DNA of 64,000 bases from Callorhinchus milii (Eukaryota), in the NCBI RefSeq assembly GCF_018977255.1, contig NW_024704743.1:93188001-93252000 (forward strand). Direction: 5' to 3'. Position 1 is the stretch's first letter. Every line of letters begins with the position of its first letter. Shown piece by piece: positions 24,500-37,809 of this stretch. A program made the translations under genes and the position numbers. The notes beneath the pieces were generated by a model. The model made no database searches. It saw only the letters and a list, made by a program, of their open reading frames with translations, and was not told the DNA's origin.

Positions 24500-25840
24500 G
24501 AGGGGAGGTAGAGATCAATGGCCTCATTCCTTCACACTCACACAGGAACACATTGCTACTGAACTTTAAGACTACCCCTTCCCAAGATGCTTGTATTATG
24601 TAGCCACGCTTCCCAGCCTCTTTCCTTCTCACCTCTCCAATGTTTGGCACGAGACCTTGTGCTGTCCCATCGCTTACCCATGAGGTGCCTTGATCAGCAT
24701 GATTCACTGCAGTTGTACTGCTTGATAGAGTTGGAGGAGTACTACATTTTAGAGGTGATGTTCTGTAGATGAGATGTTAATTAAGGGTCCTGGAGAGCTG
24801 GATTGAACTGGGAGGAAAGTGTCAAAACCATTTTTCCCCGACATTTCATCCTTCCCCTTGTATGACAACATCTTCCTCAAAAAGAATCACGCAAGTTTAT
24901 GCAGTCTCGCAGCGGAACACTGAAAGAATTGAAGCAAAACCCATTGAACGTCTTCATACAAATAATCCACAGAATGTATTACATGAGTTAAAACTCAATT
25001 TTCCAAAGTGGGTCTGAAGACCTTCCTCTTTGACCTAGGACTAGGTCATCATTCCCCTTCTTATCCTCCCTTGGCTACCACTCACAACTCAGGTCCCAAG
25101 CACCTTCAGATGTGAAAGGCGCTATAATAAATGCAAATTGTGTATTACTGTTTGTATTGTAAATACTTATCAGTAACAGAGTCCTAGTGTTATGTCACTC
25201 AACACCACCCCAATCTCCTCATCTTATTCTGGATGAGGATTATTGGAGCTACCATCTCGTCCACCGCTGTCAGTTAGTTGGTGGTAGGGGTAGAATTCTC
25301 CACCAGTCCCCCTACGTTGTCTCTGCAGCATCTTTCTCTGAGAAGAAACCATGCACACTCGTAAGTTTCTACATTTCGCTGGTCACCATTTCTGGGGATA
25401 CAATAATGTGGACTCATTTGGAATTGGTGCTGTATACACCATCATTTTCTGTTGATCTTATCTTTGCACTTGGCTTCAGCAACTCTCTCCCTTTCACACT
25501 TACAGGAAGGGCCAATCTGGTGTCACTGGTAGCATTGTTTCACTCTCACCTCCTTTGTGATGTTGTGTTGCATGAATAGACAGTGGTGTCTGAACACAAC
25601 AAAAGCAACAACAGAAACTTGCATTTATTGGTGCCCTTCATGTGGAATAGTGGTATGGAACTCAATGACTACCCCAGGAGAATCTGGATCAAGGAGCTCA
25701 GCCTCAGCCCATCTTTTATATATGGATCTAGCTCCTATGAATGATGTGATTATAGTTATCATTTCCCATTGAACTCACCATTTATATAAAGAAGACATGT
25801 CCAGGGAGCAGCTATCATCTCAGTAGGTTTGCTAATGCCA
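24500..25840 (-). pseudogene. Endogenous viral relic: class III (rhabdovirus-like) glycoprotein, interrupted by SINE/L2 tails
   Basis: WTC...TSFIGARSIYKR (25747-25712; rabies G FTC...TNFVGYVTTTFKR), AKCKDKINRK, YECAW (about 25363-25349), SCNTFCG..R..G (24983-24966; ACKLKLCG..R..G) and GLVPNIG (24656-24636; KLVPGFG), in order. Confidence 0.4.
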
Positions 25841-27819
25841 CAACATTCATCCACAAAATACTCAGTCAATCAACTTCACAATATATCCCGTGAAGCGCTT
25901 TGAGACTTCTTGATGACATGATAAGGCACTTTATCAAATGCAAGGATTATTATTATTATTATTATTATTATAATGCTGTCCCAGAGTCTCATTCAGAAAA
26001 CTTTCTGATTAGCTACAGTCCTGTTGTCAGATTTTGACCCTCTTGGAGACTACCCTCTTCTGGGGTATGGGGGAAAAGGCATGTAATTGGGGATTGTACT
26101 TTAAAAGATCCAGCACAAATACAAATAAACCGAATGGCCTACTGTACCATAAACATCTATGGTTATGAGACTCAAACAGAGTAATATAGAACTGTTAATG
26201 TTTTGGTGTGTAAAAGATTACAACAAAAAGCATTAAGGGTTTACAATCCTTTACTTCAGTTTTATTAACTGGAAATTTGACTACTTTGTTTTCTGAATAA
26301 CATTTCATAAGATCACATGAAAGGCTCAAATGAAGAAACCCCTGCAATTCATTTAATCTTGTTTTACCAGAATAGAAACCTTATTGTTTTACCATTACAG
26401 TATCAGACTGGTCTTTAAATAAGACTAGCATCCTATCCTTAAGCACTTTTCTTGTTAACCTGTTCCAGCTCTCGATTACCCTCTGTGTTAGTAGTTATAT
26501 TAACTGTTGCAAGGATATTATTGACTCATTTACAATACAAAAATGTTGATGTATCACAATGCATGTGACACTCTCGCAGTATCTCGCAACAAAAACCCCA
26601 ACACAATAGGAATTTGGTCACTTAATCCATGACTGTTTGTGGGACACTGCTGTTTCGTTTTGTGCACAAATATACAGTTAATTCACTTCACAGTATATTC
26701 TGTGAAACACTTTGAGACATCTAGAAGACGTGAAAAGCACTATATCAATTGCAACGATTATTATACATATATTATATATATATATTATTGTCTGTCCCTG
26801 AAAGCACCCAGAGATCAACAAGATAAAAGAGACCGCTGTGATGTGTTTTCAAATTGATAATAATAATCCATGCATTTGACATAATACATTTCATATAAGG
26901 AGGACGCCTCAAAGCACTTCACAGGATTTATTGTAAAGTGTAATGGCTGTGTATTTTGTAGTCAATTGTAGGTGATTGCATTGCATGCAATCAATGCCAA
27001 TGGATCAGTATAAATCTGATCCTACTGCAGCCAATTCATTAGTTGTGCAATTTTAATAATATGTTTAAAAGTTCTTCAGTTTATCATTAATCACTTTAAT
27101 GTTATTAAAAGTTGTTTCACTCACAGCACTTAGTTATTTAGAAAATTACATTGTATGTTTAATGTTTACCAATACATTGAACTAAATCATAATGAGTGTT
27201 TTAACAGTAATAATGATAATAATAATCTTGATATAGCACCTATAGTGTTGAAATAATGTTCACAGTGCTTCACTTTTAAAGTGCCTGTAATGTTCACAGT
27301 GCTTCATATGCAATTGGTATCTATTTGAAGGGAAGCATAGCAGACAATTTATGTATAGTAATATCAAACAAATAATCAATTTATAAGATTGTTGGCCAAA
27401 ATATTCCTTCTCCTTTTAATTAGTGTCATGGGATCTTTTACTTTCACCTAAACAGGGATATAGAACCCTTACTTAACATCTCATCTACAGAACATCAGCT
27501 CTAAAATGTAGTACTCCTCCACAGTACTGCACTGGGGTGCAAAACTAGACTATAAACTCTGAGTCCCGTCATGGGACTTGAACCAATGATTTCTGATGCA
27601 GTCACACTTTTATTGAGCTGGTAATCTTCCTCCCTGCCCTCCTCTCACCATGTAATGTAACTTGTTTGATCAACTAAAGTAACAACATGTAATACTAAAG
27701 GTATCGAGGGATATGGAGCAAAAGCAGGTAAATGGAGTTGAGGTACTGATCAGCTATAATCTAACAGAATGGTGGAACAGGCTCGAGGGACTAAATGGCC
27801 AATGCCTGTTCCTATGTTC

Positions 27820-28055
27820 CTAAAATGAAGATGAGTTGAAATATTTGATCAGTGATGAGATAATTATCACCCATGAACCAAAATTGTGGTGAAAGCAGCT
27901 GCCACTCCTCACTCAAACACTCTGCTCTGCATTTAGCAACAATAGTGGCTATTGATGGTTTCAACACAACAATAGGGTCATTGAAAATTTGGGTCTGATC
28001 TGTTGTCTCAAAGTTGGAGAAGTTCACTCGATTGTTATCAACTTGTTTGGCCACG
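27820..28055 (-). pseudogene. Endogenous viral relic: L segment just after motif D
   Basis: Open frame AKQVDNNRV...IFNDPIVVLKPSIATIVAK (SIATIVAK at 27955-27932). Compare Ebola KKQYLNGV...IFDDLQGTLASIGT and measles SNIATTMAK. Confidence 0.5.
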
Positions 28056-28057
28056 AT

Positions 28058-28385
28058 ACAATACAATACTAAATTACATTTGTATAGCGCCTTTCACGTC
28101 GGGAAGACGTCCCAAGGCACTGGAGAGTCCAGGATTTGGATGTTTTAGACTTGAGCTGGGGGGTCGGGATCACGGAGGGTGGAGGGAAGGGAAGGTAGGA
28201 GGATGGCAGAAGACTCGGTTGAAGAAGAGGATTTTGAGATGCGCCTTGAAGAACGCAAAGGAGGGAACGAGGCGAAGGATATGTGGGATGCAGTTCCATA
28301 GAATGGGGGCAGAAATGCTGAAGGCCTGACCGCCGTTGGTGGGGTGGGCCAGGTAGGGAATCTGGAGCAGGCCAGAGTTAGTTGA
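28058..28385 (-). mobile_element. L2 LINE 3' end
   Basis: GGQAFSISAPILWN...FKAHLK plus the L2 tail. Confidence 0.9.
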
Positions 28386-28759
28386 TGGGATAAATATCAC
28401 ATTATATGATACATTTTTCACCTTTGTAGCCATCATGTTAATCTAACAAAGAATGATTTTTCAAGGTAAGTTTAACAAAAATAAAAACAAGGGGTAAAGA
28501 AATGCATTCTGTAATCTTCTGATTCTGCAACTCTATTCTTATTGTATTCAAATGAAGTGCACAAGTACACCTAAGCATTCCTTCTTTAATGCTACAGTAA
28601 CTCTTGTACATTGATTTTTCAATGTCTCTGTGTACTTTTTCCAGGAACCCATAAAGGTTACATTCATGAGTCATCGGTAATGGCTACAAAGATTAAAAAA
28701 AACCTTTTACTGTTGGCCTTGCACAAAAAAAACACAAAGAGAACCAATTTCGGAGGCAG

Positions 28760-29146
28760 AAATTCCACCTGGGACTAGATTTACTCTACTAATATAGCAT
28801 TTTAGAGTGTACAGAATTTGGCAAATTTTTAAAGCAGTTTTCTGTAAGTTCGTTTTAGGAACTTTGAGAACTGATATTGTAATAAGATGCACTGCAAAGC
28901 ACGGGTGTGTTGGATAATTTTTTTTATTAGCAATCCAATCCTCTAACAATAACCCATACACCCTGGCTCCCTTCCCAGTGTGCATTTTATGCTTCCTGTT
29001 TTCAATTAATTGGTTCTTCTCAAATTGGCCATCACTCCAAAATCGATATCCCACAGCTGTGAGTTAAGACTGAATTAGAAAATTTGCCAAATTCTGGATG
29101 CTCTAAAAAGCAAAGATAGTACAGTAAATATAGACCCAGATGGAGG
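28760..29146. mobile_element. MITE-like element with about 70-bp imperfect inverted repeats
   Basis: TCCACCTGGGACTAGATTTACT...CAGAATTTGGCAAATTTT (about 28764-28830) is the reverse complement of about 29078-29144, with scattered mismatches. Confidence 0.6.
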
Positions 29147-29721
29147 TTATATGCTGCGTAATGTATTTCCAGCTAAAATGGCCATGTCATTATCAATCTT
29201 CCTTTTTTATCAAATTCTCAAAGCTTATCATTTTTATACACATGGTATTCAGGCTTCCTTTTTCTGTGAATTAACTCTATAAGAAACAACTATATTCCGC
29301 ATTTAACTGCTATCGGTTGAATTAATAATTATATTCAGGTCTTGTATTAATGAACAGCAACGTGCTATACCGAATGTTGCCTCACAAACTAGTGGTTTGC
29401 TTAATAATCATCAATAATAACAATGCTTGTGTTTCATATAGCGCCTTATCATTCAATGAGACATTTCAAATAACTTCACAAGATTTACTGCAAAGCATTG
29501 TTACTGTGCATTTGTAGGCAAATGCAGCCGCCAATTTTCATACAGCTATGCCATTGGTTTACCATCTCATCTGAAGGATGGAACCTCCAGCAATGCAGCA
29601 CACCCCAGCACTTTATTGGAATGTCAGCTTAGACTGTGAGTTCAAAGTCTTGATGTGGTGCTATCAACTGAGCCAGGCTGACATTATCCTTTTGGAATAG
29701 AAAAAAATTTGCACTTAAATC

Positions 29722-30490
29722 TGTGCTTTGTTCGACCCTGAGCTGTCCTTTCTCCCTCACATCCGCACCACAACTGGCACCACCTTCCATCACCTCCGGA
29801 ACATCGCCAGACTACGCCATTACCTCACCCCTCACGCCGCTGAAACCCTGGTTCACGCCTTTGTCACCTCAAGGCTGGACTATAGGAACTCTCTCCTCGC
29901 CGGCCTTCCCGCCACCTCCCTCCACAAGCTGCAGGTCATCCAGAACTCTGCAGCTCATGTACTGTCCCGCACCAGGCTTCGTAACCACATCACTCCCACC
30001 CTCGCTCGCCTCCACTGGCTCTGCATCCCCCAGAGGATTGATTTCAAGATCCTCATCCTCACCTACAAGGACATTCACGGCCTTGCTCCCTCCTACCTCT
30101 CCAACCTACTATCCCCCTACCTACCTGCCCGTACCCTCCATTCCTCTGGCTCCGGTCTGCTCCACATCCCCCGCCCCAACCGCCCTACCATCGGTGGCCG
30201 GGCCTTCAGCCTCTCAGCCCCGAGGCTCTGGAACTCTATCCCCCAGTGCCTTCGCCGCTTCCTCCCTTTCCTCCTTCAAGGCCGGTCTCAAGACGTTTCT
30301 CTTTGACCGTGCCTTCAGCTCCCCTCTCGACTCTCTCCTCCTCCTCCCTCCTCCTCCCTCCCTTCCCTCCCCTCACCCTGACCATTTCCCCCTTGCTCGG
30401 GTCCTGACCCAACTGTACAGCGCCTTGGGACGTCCTCCCGACGTGAAAGGCGCTCTATAAATGGAATCTTGTTGTTGTTGTTGTTGTTGC
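29722..30490 (+). mobile_element. Young L2 LINE 3' fragment
   Basis: ORF 29728-30306 HLRNIARLR...AETLVHAFVTSRLDY...LHWLCIPQRIDFKIL...RAFS..APRLWN. CpG-rich, with a (TTG)n tail. Confidence 0.96.
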
Positions 30491-30611
30491 TTTTCATTGA
30501 TATGTCATTTGTCATTTTAAATATTTGAAGACATCAGATGGGTACAGTATAGTTTAAAATCATCCATTCATCTTCTTTAATAACCATAAAGATGTGAAAG
30601 GGATTCTTACT

Positions 30612-30939
30612 ATAATAATAATAATAATAATAATAATCCTTGCATTTGATATAGCGCTTTTCACGTCGGGAGGACGTCCCAAAGCGCTTCACAGAACACA
30701 CTGTAAAGTGAATTGACTGTATATTTGTGGGCGAACGCGGCAGCCAATTGCGCACAGCAATGTCCCACAAACAGTCGTTGATTGAAAATGACCAATTTAT
30801 TATTGTTTTTGGTTTTGGAGGGATTATTATTAGGCGTGTGGAGTAAGGAAACTTGCCCAAGGTTTCGCCCTGTCTGGAATTGAACTCAGGTCTCTCGTTT
30901 GCAAAGCGAGTGCTCTAACCACTGAGCTACAGGACTCCA
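30612..30939 (-). mobile_element. Young full-length tRNA-Ala-derived Deu SINE
   Basis: Near-identical to 18257-18577. Confidence 0.95.
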
Positions 30940-30984
30940 TGGCGTTAATCAACAGTTTAGGGTCTGAAGTATTTTAAGGGCTCG

Positions 30985-32035
30985 AGTCCTATTTAACCAA
31001 CCACTTCCACTTCACCTCGGCAAATGGTTTCTTCTCCCGCCCCGCCCGGTCACCTGCGGGGTAACCCAGGGCTCCATCCTTGCCCTCTTCATTTCCTCAT
31101 CTATATGCTCCCTCTTGCTGATGTCATCTGCAGACACGGGGTAAATTTTCATATGTATGCAGATGACACACAAATCTACTTTGCCTCCTCCAGCATCAAC
31201 TGCAGGTTCACCAATGTTCTATCAACTTGTCTGGCAGATATGAGGGCCTGGATGAGTGCAAACTTCTTGTAGCTGAATTGGACAAGACAGAAGCCATCAC
31301 ACCTTCAGATCTAAACTCCTCAACCTCCCTGGGCTCTCCCTCAGACTCCCCGAACCAATACGCAATCCAGGCATCCGGTTCGACTCCCAGCTGTCCTTCC
31401 TCCCCCACATTCGGTCACCTGACCAGGACCTCCTCCATCCACCTCCGCCACATTGCCCGTCTCTGACCGTACCTTACTCCAAATGCAGCCGAGATCCTTG
31501 TGCATGCGTTTGTCACCTCCCATCTGGATTACTCAAACGCACTGCTCGCTGGTCTTCACAGTTCCATTATTCAAAAAATCCAGCTCATTCAGAACTCTGA
31601 TGCCTGTACACTGACCCGGATCAAGCTCCATAACCCCATCTCACCAGTTCTGGCCAGGCTCCGCTGGATCACCATCACCGAATCGATCGACTTCAGGATC
31701 CTCACACTCCTGTTCAAATCCATTCACTCCATGGTACCTCCCAACCTCTCCGACTTTGTCACTCCCCAATCCACCACCCAGCACCACCTCGCACAGCCTC
31801 CTGATTGTCCCTCACACCCTCCGCTCTACCATTGGAGGTTGCGCTTTCAGTCATTATGACCTGAAGCTCTGGAACACTCTCCCTCTATCCCTCCACCTCT
31901 ACTCTCTCCACCTATTCAAGTCTTGCCTGAAAATCTTCATTTTTGACCGTGCTTACAATCACCTCCCCGCTGGCTCAGAATCAGACTCCACCACTGTTAA
32001 GCATTCTGAGATGCTACCTTGCGTGGAGGACGCTG
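30985..32035 (+). mobile_element. L2 LINE RT fragment
   Basis: [11 protein letters not shown] and HAFVTSHLDYSNALL. Confidence 0.92.
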
Positions 32036-32039
32036 ATCA

Positions 32040-32620
32040 CAACAACTTGAACTTATATAGCACCCTCCATGCAGGTGAGCATCTCAGAGCACTTAATAGT
32101 GGCAGAGCCTGACTCTGAGCAGTGGTTGGGGGGGGGGCGGAGGGGGTGGAGGTGGATGGATCCAGGTAAGCACAGTCAAAGAGGAAGGTTTTCAGGCGGG
32201 ACATGAAAAAGGGGAGAGAGGGAGCAAGGCGAAGGGATTGAGGGAAAGTGGTCCAGAGTTTTGGGGCATAGTGGCTAAAAGCACAACCTTCGATGGTGGA
32301 GCAGAAGATGCAAGGGACGAGCAGGAGGGTGGTGCCAGTCGAGCAAAGGTGCTGGGTGGTGGATTGGGGAGTGAGAAGGTCGGAGAGGTAGGGAGGTGCC
32401 AAGAGTGAAGGGGTTTGAACACGAGTGTGAGGATCTTGAAGTCGATCCGTTAGGTGATGGGGAGCCAGTGGAGTCTGGCCAGAACTGGTGAGATGTGGGT
32501 ATGGAGTTTGGTAAGTATGCGGGCAGCAGAGTTCTAAGTGAGCTGGATCTTTTGAATAGTGGAGCTGGGGAAACTGGCGAGGAGTGCTTTTGAGTAATCC
32601 AAGCAGGAGGTGACAATCTC
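32040..32620 (-). mobile_element. L2 LINE 3' fragment, same subfamily as its neighbour, tail-to-tail
   Basis: YLSDLLTPQSTTQ...CAFSHYAPKLW. Shares ACTCCCCAATCCACCACCCAGCACC with the copy at 30985. Confidence 0.9.
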
Positions 32621-34325
32621 ATTAGGGACCAAAATGGAAAGCTCCTTGTGGAGACACAGGGCATGGTTGACGTACTGAATGAGTACTTTGCATTTGTCTT
32701 CACAATAGAAGAGGTTACTGCAAAGTCACAGTGAAGGAGGAGGGGATAGAGAAATTGGATTAGATAAAAATAGATAGGGAGGAGGTACTGTAAAGGTTGG
32801 CAACACTCAAAGTGAAAAAGTCACCTGGTCCAGATAGGATGCCTCCTAGATTGCTGACGGAAGTAAGGATGCAAATAGCGGGGGCTCTGGCCACAATCTT
32901 TCAATCCTTGTTCGATATGCGAGTGGTGCCAGAGGACTGGAGGGTTACAAATGTTACACCCCTGTTCAAAAAAGGGGAGAGGGATAAACTGGTAATTACA
33001 GTCCAGTCAGTCTAATGTCAGTGGCAGGGAAACTTCTAGAGACCAATATCCGGGACAAAATAAATTAATTAATTTTTACTTAGAAAAATATGTATACAGA
33101 GCAAAACTTTAAAGTTCACAGATGACATAAAAGGACAGCCAACACAGACGTGTTAAAGGAAAATTGTGCCTAACTAGCTTGATTCAATTTTCCAATGAAG
33201 CAACAGAGAGGATTGATGAAGGTAATAAAATTGATGTTGGTAAATGGACTTTCAAAAAGCGTTTGATCAAGGGCCATATAGTCAACTTATTTATAAAACT
33301 GAAGCCCAAGGGATTAAGAGAAAAGTAGCAGCAAGGGACAGTATTTGGACCACTATATATAGCGAGCAAAATTTTAAAGTTCACAGATGATACAAAACTT
33401 GGAAGCATAGTAAACAGTGAGTAGGATAGTGGCAAACTGCAGGAGGGTATAGACAGGCTGGCGCAATGGATAGACACATAGCAGATAGAATTTAATGCAG
33501 AGAAGTGTGAAGTGATGCATTTTGGTAGGAGGGATGAGGAAAAAGAGTCAGTTTAAGATAAATGGTGCAATTTTAAAGGTGGTGCAGGAACATAGAGACA
33601 TACACAAAATCTTTGAAGGTGACAGGACAAGTTATCAAAGTCATGATTTAATTAAATGGCGGAACAGGCTCGATAGGCTGAATGGCCTACTCCTGTTCTT
33701 ATGTTCCTATGTATCCAATAAATAGAGGTATAGAGTATAAGAGTAATCAGGTTATGTTAAGCATTTCGAAATCGCTGGCTAGGCCTCAGATGGAGTACTG
33801 TGTCCAATTTTGGGCACTTTAGGAAGAATGTTCAGGCCTTGGAGTGGATGCAGAACAGATTTACAAGAATGATATCTGAGATGAGGGACTACAATTATGT
33901 TGAGAGACTAGAGAGGCTGGGATTATTCTCCTTGGAGCAGAGACGGCTAAGAGGAGATTTGATAGAGATGTTCAAAATTATGATGGTTTTGATAGAGTAG
34001 ATAGGCAGAAACTGTTTCCTCTGAGTCGGTAACCAGAGGACACAGATTTAAGATAATTGGCAAAAGAACAAGAGGGGAGACAAGGAGAATTTTTTTTACC
34101 CAGAGAGATGTTATAGTCTGGAATGCATTGCCTGAAAGGATGGTGGAATCAGATTTGATGATAGCTTTCAAAAGGGAATTAGGTAGGTACTTAAAAAGGA
34201 AGAATTTGCAGGGCAATGGGATAAGAGCAGGGGAGTGGGATTAGTTGGTAGCTCTTTCAAAGAGCTGGCACAGGCACGATGGGCAAAATGGCCTCCTTCT
34301 GTGCTGTAAAATTCTATGCTTCTAT
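32620..34325 (+). mobile_element. CR1 LINE ORF2 relic with 3' tail
   Basis: KSPGPDRMPPRLL...VPEDWRVTNVTPLFKKG, FTDDTKLG, RLERLGLFSLEQRRLRGD and a CR1 3' UTR. Confidence 0.93.
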
Positions 34326-35097
34326 CCCCTCATCTATTACTAACATCACAAAATCAAATTGGCCAACTATTGAAGAAAGAGCATAATACATTACCTCATT
34401 GTAAATAGAAGTTATTATTGGACAGAAATCCCAAGTGGACAGTATGTTTTTTTTGAGTTTTTAAAGTAGATAAATTATGGGATGTTTATGCTGTTAATAA
34501 TTCAGATACAATGGTGATATTGGTCTGGTCTCTGTAGTGGTGATCTCCCTGGCTTCTTTGAAGTTTCTAGGTTTTTAAAATAAAATCTGCTCTAAGAATT
34601 AAAATGTGCCAATTTCTTTTGAGATCAGCCAACCTGACAGTGAAAGTGGAATCAAGTAGTAGTTTTAAGAACACCTGAATTTTCTCAAGGAGAATCTAAA
34701 TAACAATGATTTCAACAGTGAAAAAATCATGATTCTCTGGATATGTTAAAAAGTGTACAAAATATCATTTAACATACTCTTGCAGAAACTCCTGGAATTT
34801 CCCTCTCCCCCCACCTCCCCAACCCAATAACCACCCCCCCCACCCCATCTTCTCCCGCAATACGCGTAACAATACAAATTTACATTTATGTAGCACTTTT
34901 TATGTCGGAAGAATGTCTCAAAGCACTTGACACTTCCAGCTAGGCACCCAAGCTGGGGGTGGGACCCACCAACTTGAGAGGCAAAGTTCACTGAAGGTAC
35001 AGTCAAAGAGGTACTTCTAGGGATTGAGCTTGAACGAGGTGAGGAGGGGAGGTGAGTCAGAAGGAAGTACAGTATATCCTTATGCTGGGATAAATAG

Positions 35098-35420
35098 ATG
35101 ATAATAATAATAATGATAATCTTTGCATTTGATATAGCGCTTTTCAAGTCGGGAGGATGTCCCAAAGCGCTTCACAGAACACACTGTAAAGTGAATTGAC
35201 TGTATATTTGTGGGCGAACGCGGCAGCCAATTGCGCACAGCAATGTCCCACAAACAGTCGTAGATTGAAAATGACCAATTTATTATTTTTTGGGGGTTTT
35301 GGAGGGATTGTTATTATGATAATAATAATTTTTGCATTTGATATAGCGCCTTATCATATCGTCAAGACGTCTCAAAGTGCTTTACAGGATATACTGTAAA
35401 GTGGATTAACTGCACAATTT
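35098..35420 (-). mobile_element. Two truncated Deu SINE 3' parts in tandem
   Basis: Match the core and tail of the young SINE. Confidence 0.85.
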
Positions 35421-36979
35421 GTAGGCAAAACGATGTATGTAGACTTCCTTTTATAATCGCACAGACTGCTAAGAGGTTACAGATCCAATACTTATAAACA
35501 GTAAATTCTACGAAGCGCAAAGAGAAAGTTCAACGGCATGATGAGGTGCTATATCTTGATAAGGAAAGTATTATTATTATAAATTTCACAAGGATAAAAT
35601 GTACATTTTTGGGAGGAGGGAGTTTAGGTGAGAAAAACAGCTCAGAAAGTTTTAAACTTTGCCTGTGGAAAATAAATATCATCGGTGGAATACTGAGACA
35701 TGCAAGGAGCAGTTGTAGTTGTGCAATTTAACTTATAATTATGAGACGAACAATCTAAAGATGTAAATAACGTAGGCAATGAGATGGTACATTTGGTAGA
35801 AATATAAATTCTCCAAAGTCATTCTATATGTTCTTGTCAAACAATTTCTGAAATTGCAGCATTTATAAGAAAAATACTTGCTACAAGTTCAGTTGGTAAT
35901 TGATTGCAAAACAACTCAACAAATTTCAAAATCATACATGAAAGAAAGGACTGTCAAGATGCACACAATGCGCAAATTGTAGCTAGGCAACAAAATTATT
36001 TGCAATACAATAATGGGTAATGTGTCATAGATTGAATTGGTCAAATGTAGGAACATATCACGTGTGTTATATGTGATATCACGTGCTCTTTATAGTTCCA
36101 TAACTTGCAGGAAAGAAAATGTGGTTTGCAATTACACTTGTGAGACCATGACAGCATAGCAGCACATATTATAATTTAGAAATGTTGCTGCTTTCAAATC
36201 TGGTGTCCAGAAAGCAATGTGACAGGAGAGTCCTACCCTGGCAGGATGCAATTCATGGTACATCTTATGGGTTAGTTCTGGATCTCTGCTTTTTACAACA
36301 TACATTAATGGCTTGGACATATATATGTCCAAGTTATGAAGCGGTATGTGCAAGTTTGCTGATGTTACTAAATGTGTAAATTTGATAAATTGTAAGAATT
36401 ATAATATAAGTTATGGAAAATAATTCAAAGTGATAGGGAGGTATAACTGCAGGAAGGATTCATAGGGTCAGGACTTTGAAATCTATCATTTGGGAGATAG
36501 GGAGACAACGGGGCTTGCCAAAGATTGGGGTGATAGGTGTGCAGAGTGCAGTGCATGTGAAGATGTAGCTGTATTTTGTGTGAAGAAACACTTCCTGACC
36601 TCAGTTCTAACTGTCCCTGTGATAATTCATCAGATTTCATTTCCCTTCGCCTTCCCTCCCCAGCCTGTGGGAGCCACCCTTCTGTTGGTCTACCAGCAAG
36701 TGACACATGTTAAGCGCTTATTGCTTAAATCTTGGGGTACAGTGAGCTTTTGGAATGTGACTAGGACAATAAGAAAGGTTTCATTCTATCTGTTGTTATT
36801 TCAATGGTATTTTAATTATATGCAGATATTATGTGTATTATATATGTCTTAGCTGTTTTTTTTCAACTTGTCTCCTGGTAGTGGCTGTGAGTGTATATGT
36901 CAACTTTCAGTGCATCCTATATCCTTGATGTGTGATTAAATTCACAGAAAAGGGTGAACATTTAATGATAAGCTGGCGA

Positions 36980-37375
36980 CAACAAACAACAAAATTACAT
37001 TTGTATAGCGCCTTTCATGTCAGTAGGAGGTCCCAAGGGGCTGGACAGTCAGTGTTTCGGACCCAAGCTGGCGAAGGGATTGGGAAGGGTGGAGGGCAGG
37101 GGGGGAAGTAGGATGATCAAAAGCATGGTTGAAGAGGAGGGTCTTGAGATGGGTCTTGAAGGAGGCAAGGAAGAGGGCAAGACGGAGGGACTGTGGGATG
37201 GAGTTCTAGAGAATAGGGACAGAGTGGCAGAAGGCCCGCCCGCCAATGGTGGGGTGGGCGGGGCAGGGGACGTGAAGCAGGCCAGAGCCCGCTAAGCGGA
37301 GGGAGCAGGCAGGATGGTAGGGGGTCAGGAGTTCGCAGAGATAAGGGGAAGCAAGGCCATGGAAGGCTTTTCCCT
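36980..37375 (-). mobile_element. L2 LINE 3' end
   Basis: HGLASPYLCELLTPY...IGGRAF plus tail. Confidence 0.9.
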
Positions 37376-37809
37376 TTTCTTGAAATACTGTAATCATATG
37401 GTATAATACAACTCACTGTGTGCATCTGAAATCATACTCACAAAAAAAACAGAATGCAGACAACAAAGGAAAATCTAGGCAAATAATTTGATTATTTAGA
37501 TGAATAATAAATTACTGCAGCTACAATTGATTATCTTTTCATTAACTGACACAGAAAATAAAAATGAGATGTAGACTACCCTTGAAGAATAAAGCATTTT
37601 ATTTAAATAGACTGTGAGTTACATTATTTACATCAGTAGATAATGAGAAGAATGACCGATAGGTGAGAAGTTAACCACTGCCCATGAAAGAAAAATATTA
37701 GTGGTCATTTAAGTTTCAAAGTGAGACATTGTACATACATCCTCATCTTAAATCATTGGTCCAACAGAAATTTAGCAGCAGAATTTGCCTTTATTAACTT
37801 GCACTTTTT

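Noticed and set aside
29723..30460. Longest ORF (245 aa) as a novel gene
   Set aside because: It is an alternative frame of a C-rich L2 fragment.
34350..34790. Possible further L relic (LADLKRNWH)
   Set aside because: The single motif is ambiguous and fits two different L positions.
35600..36000. hAT transposase remnant (FKLCLWK)
   Set aside because: Too degenerate to support.
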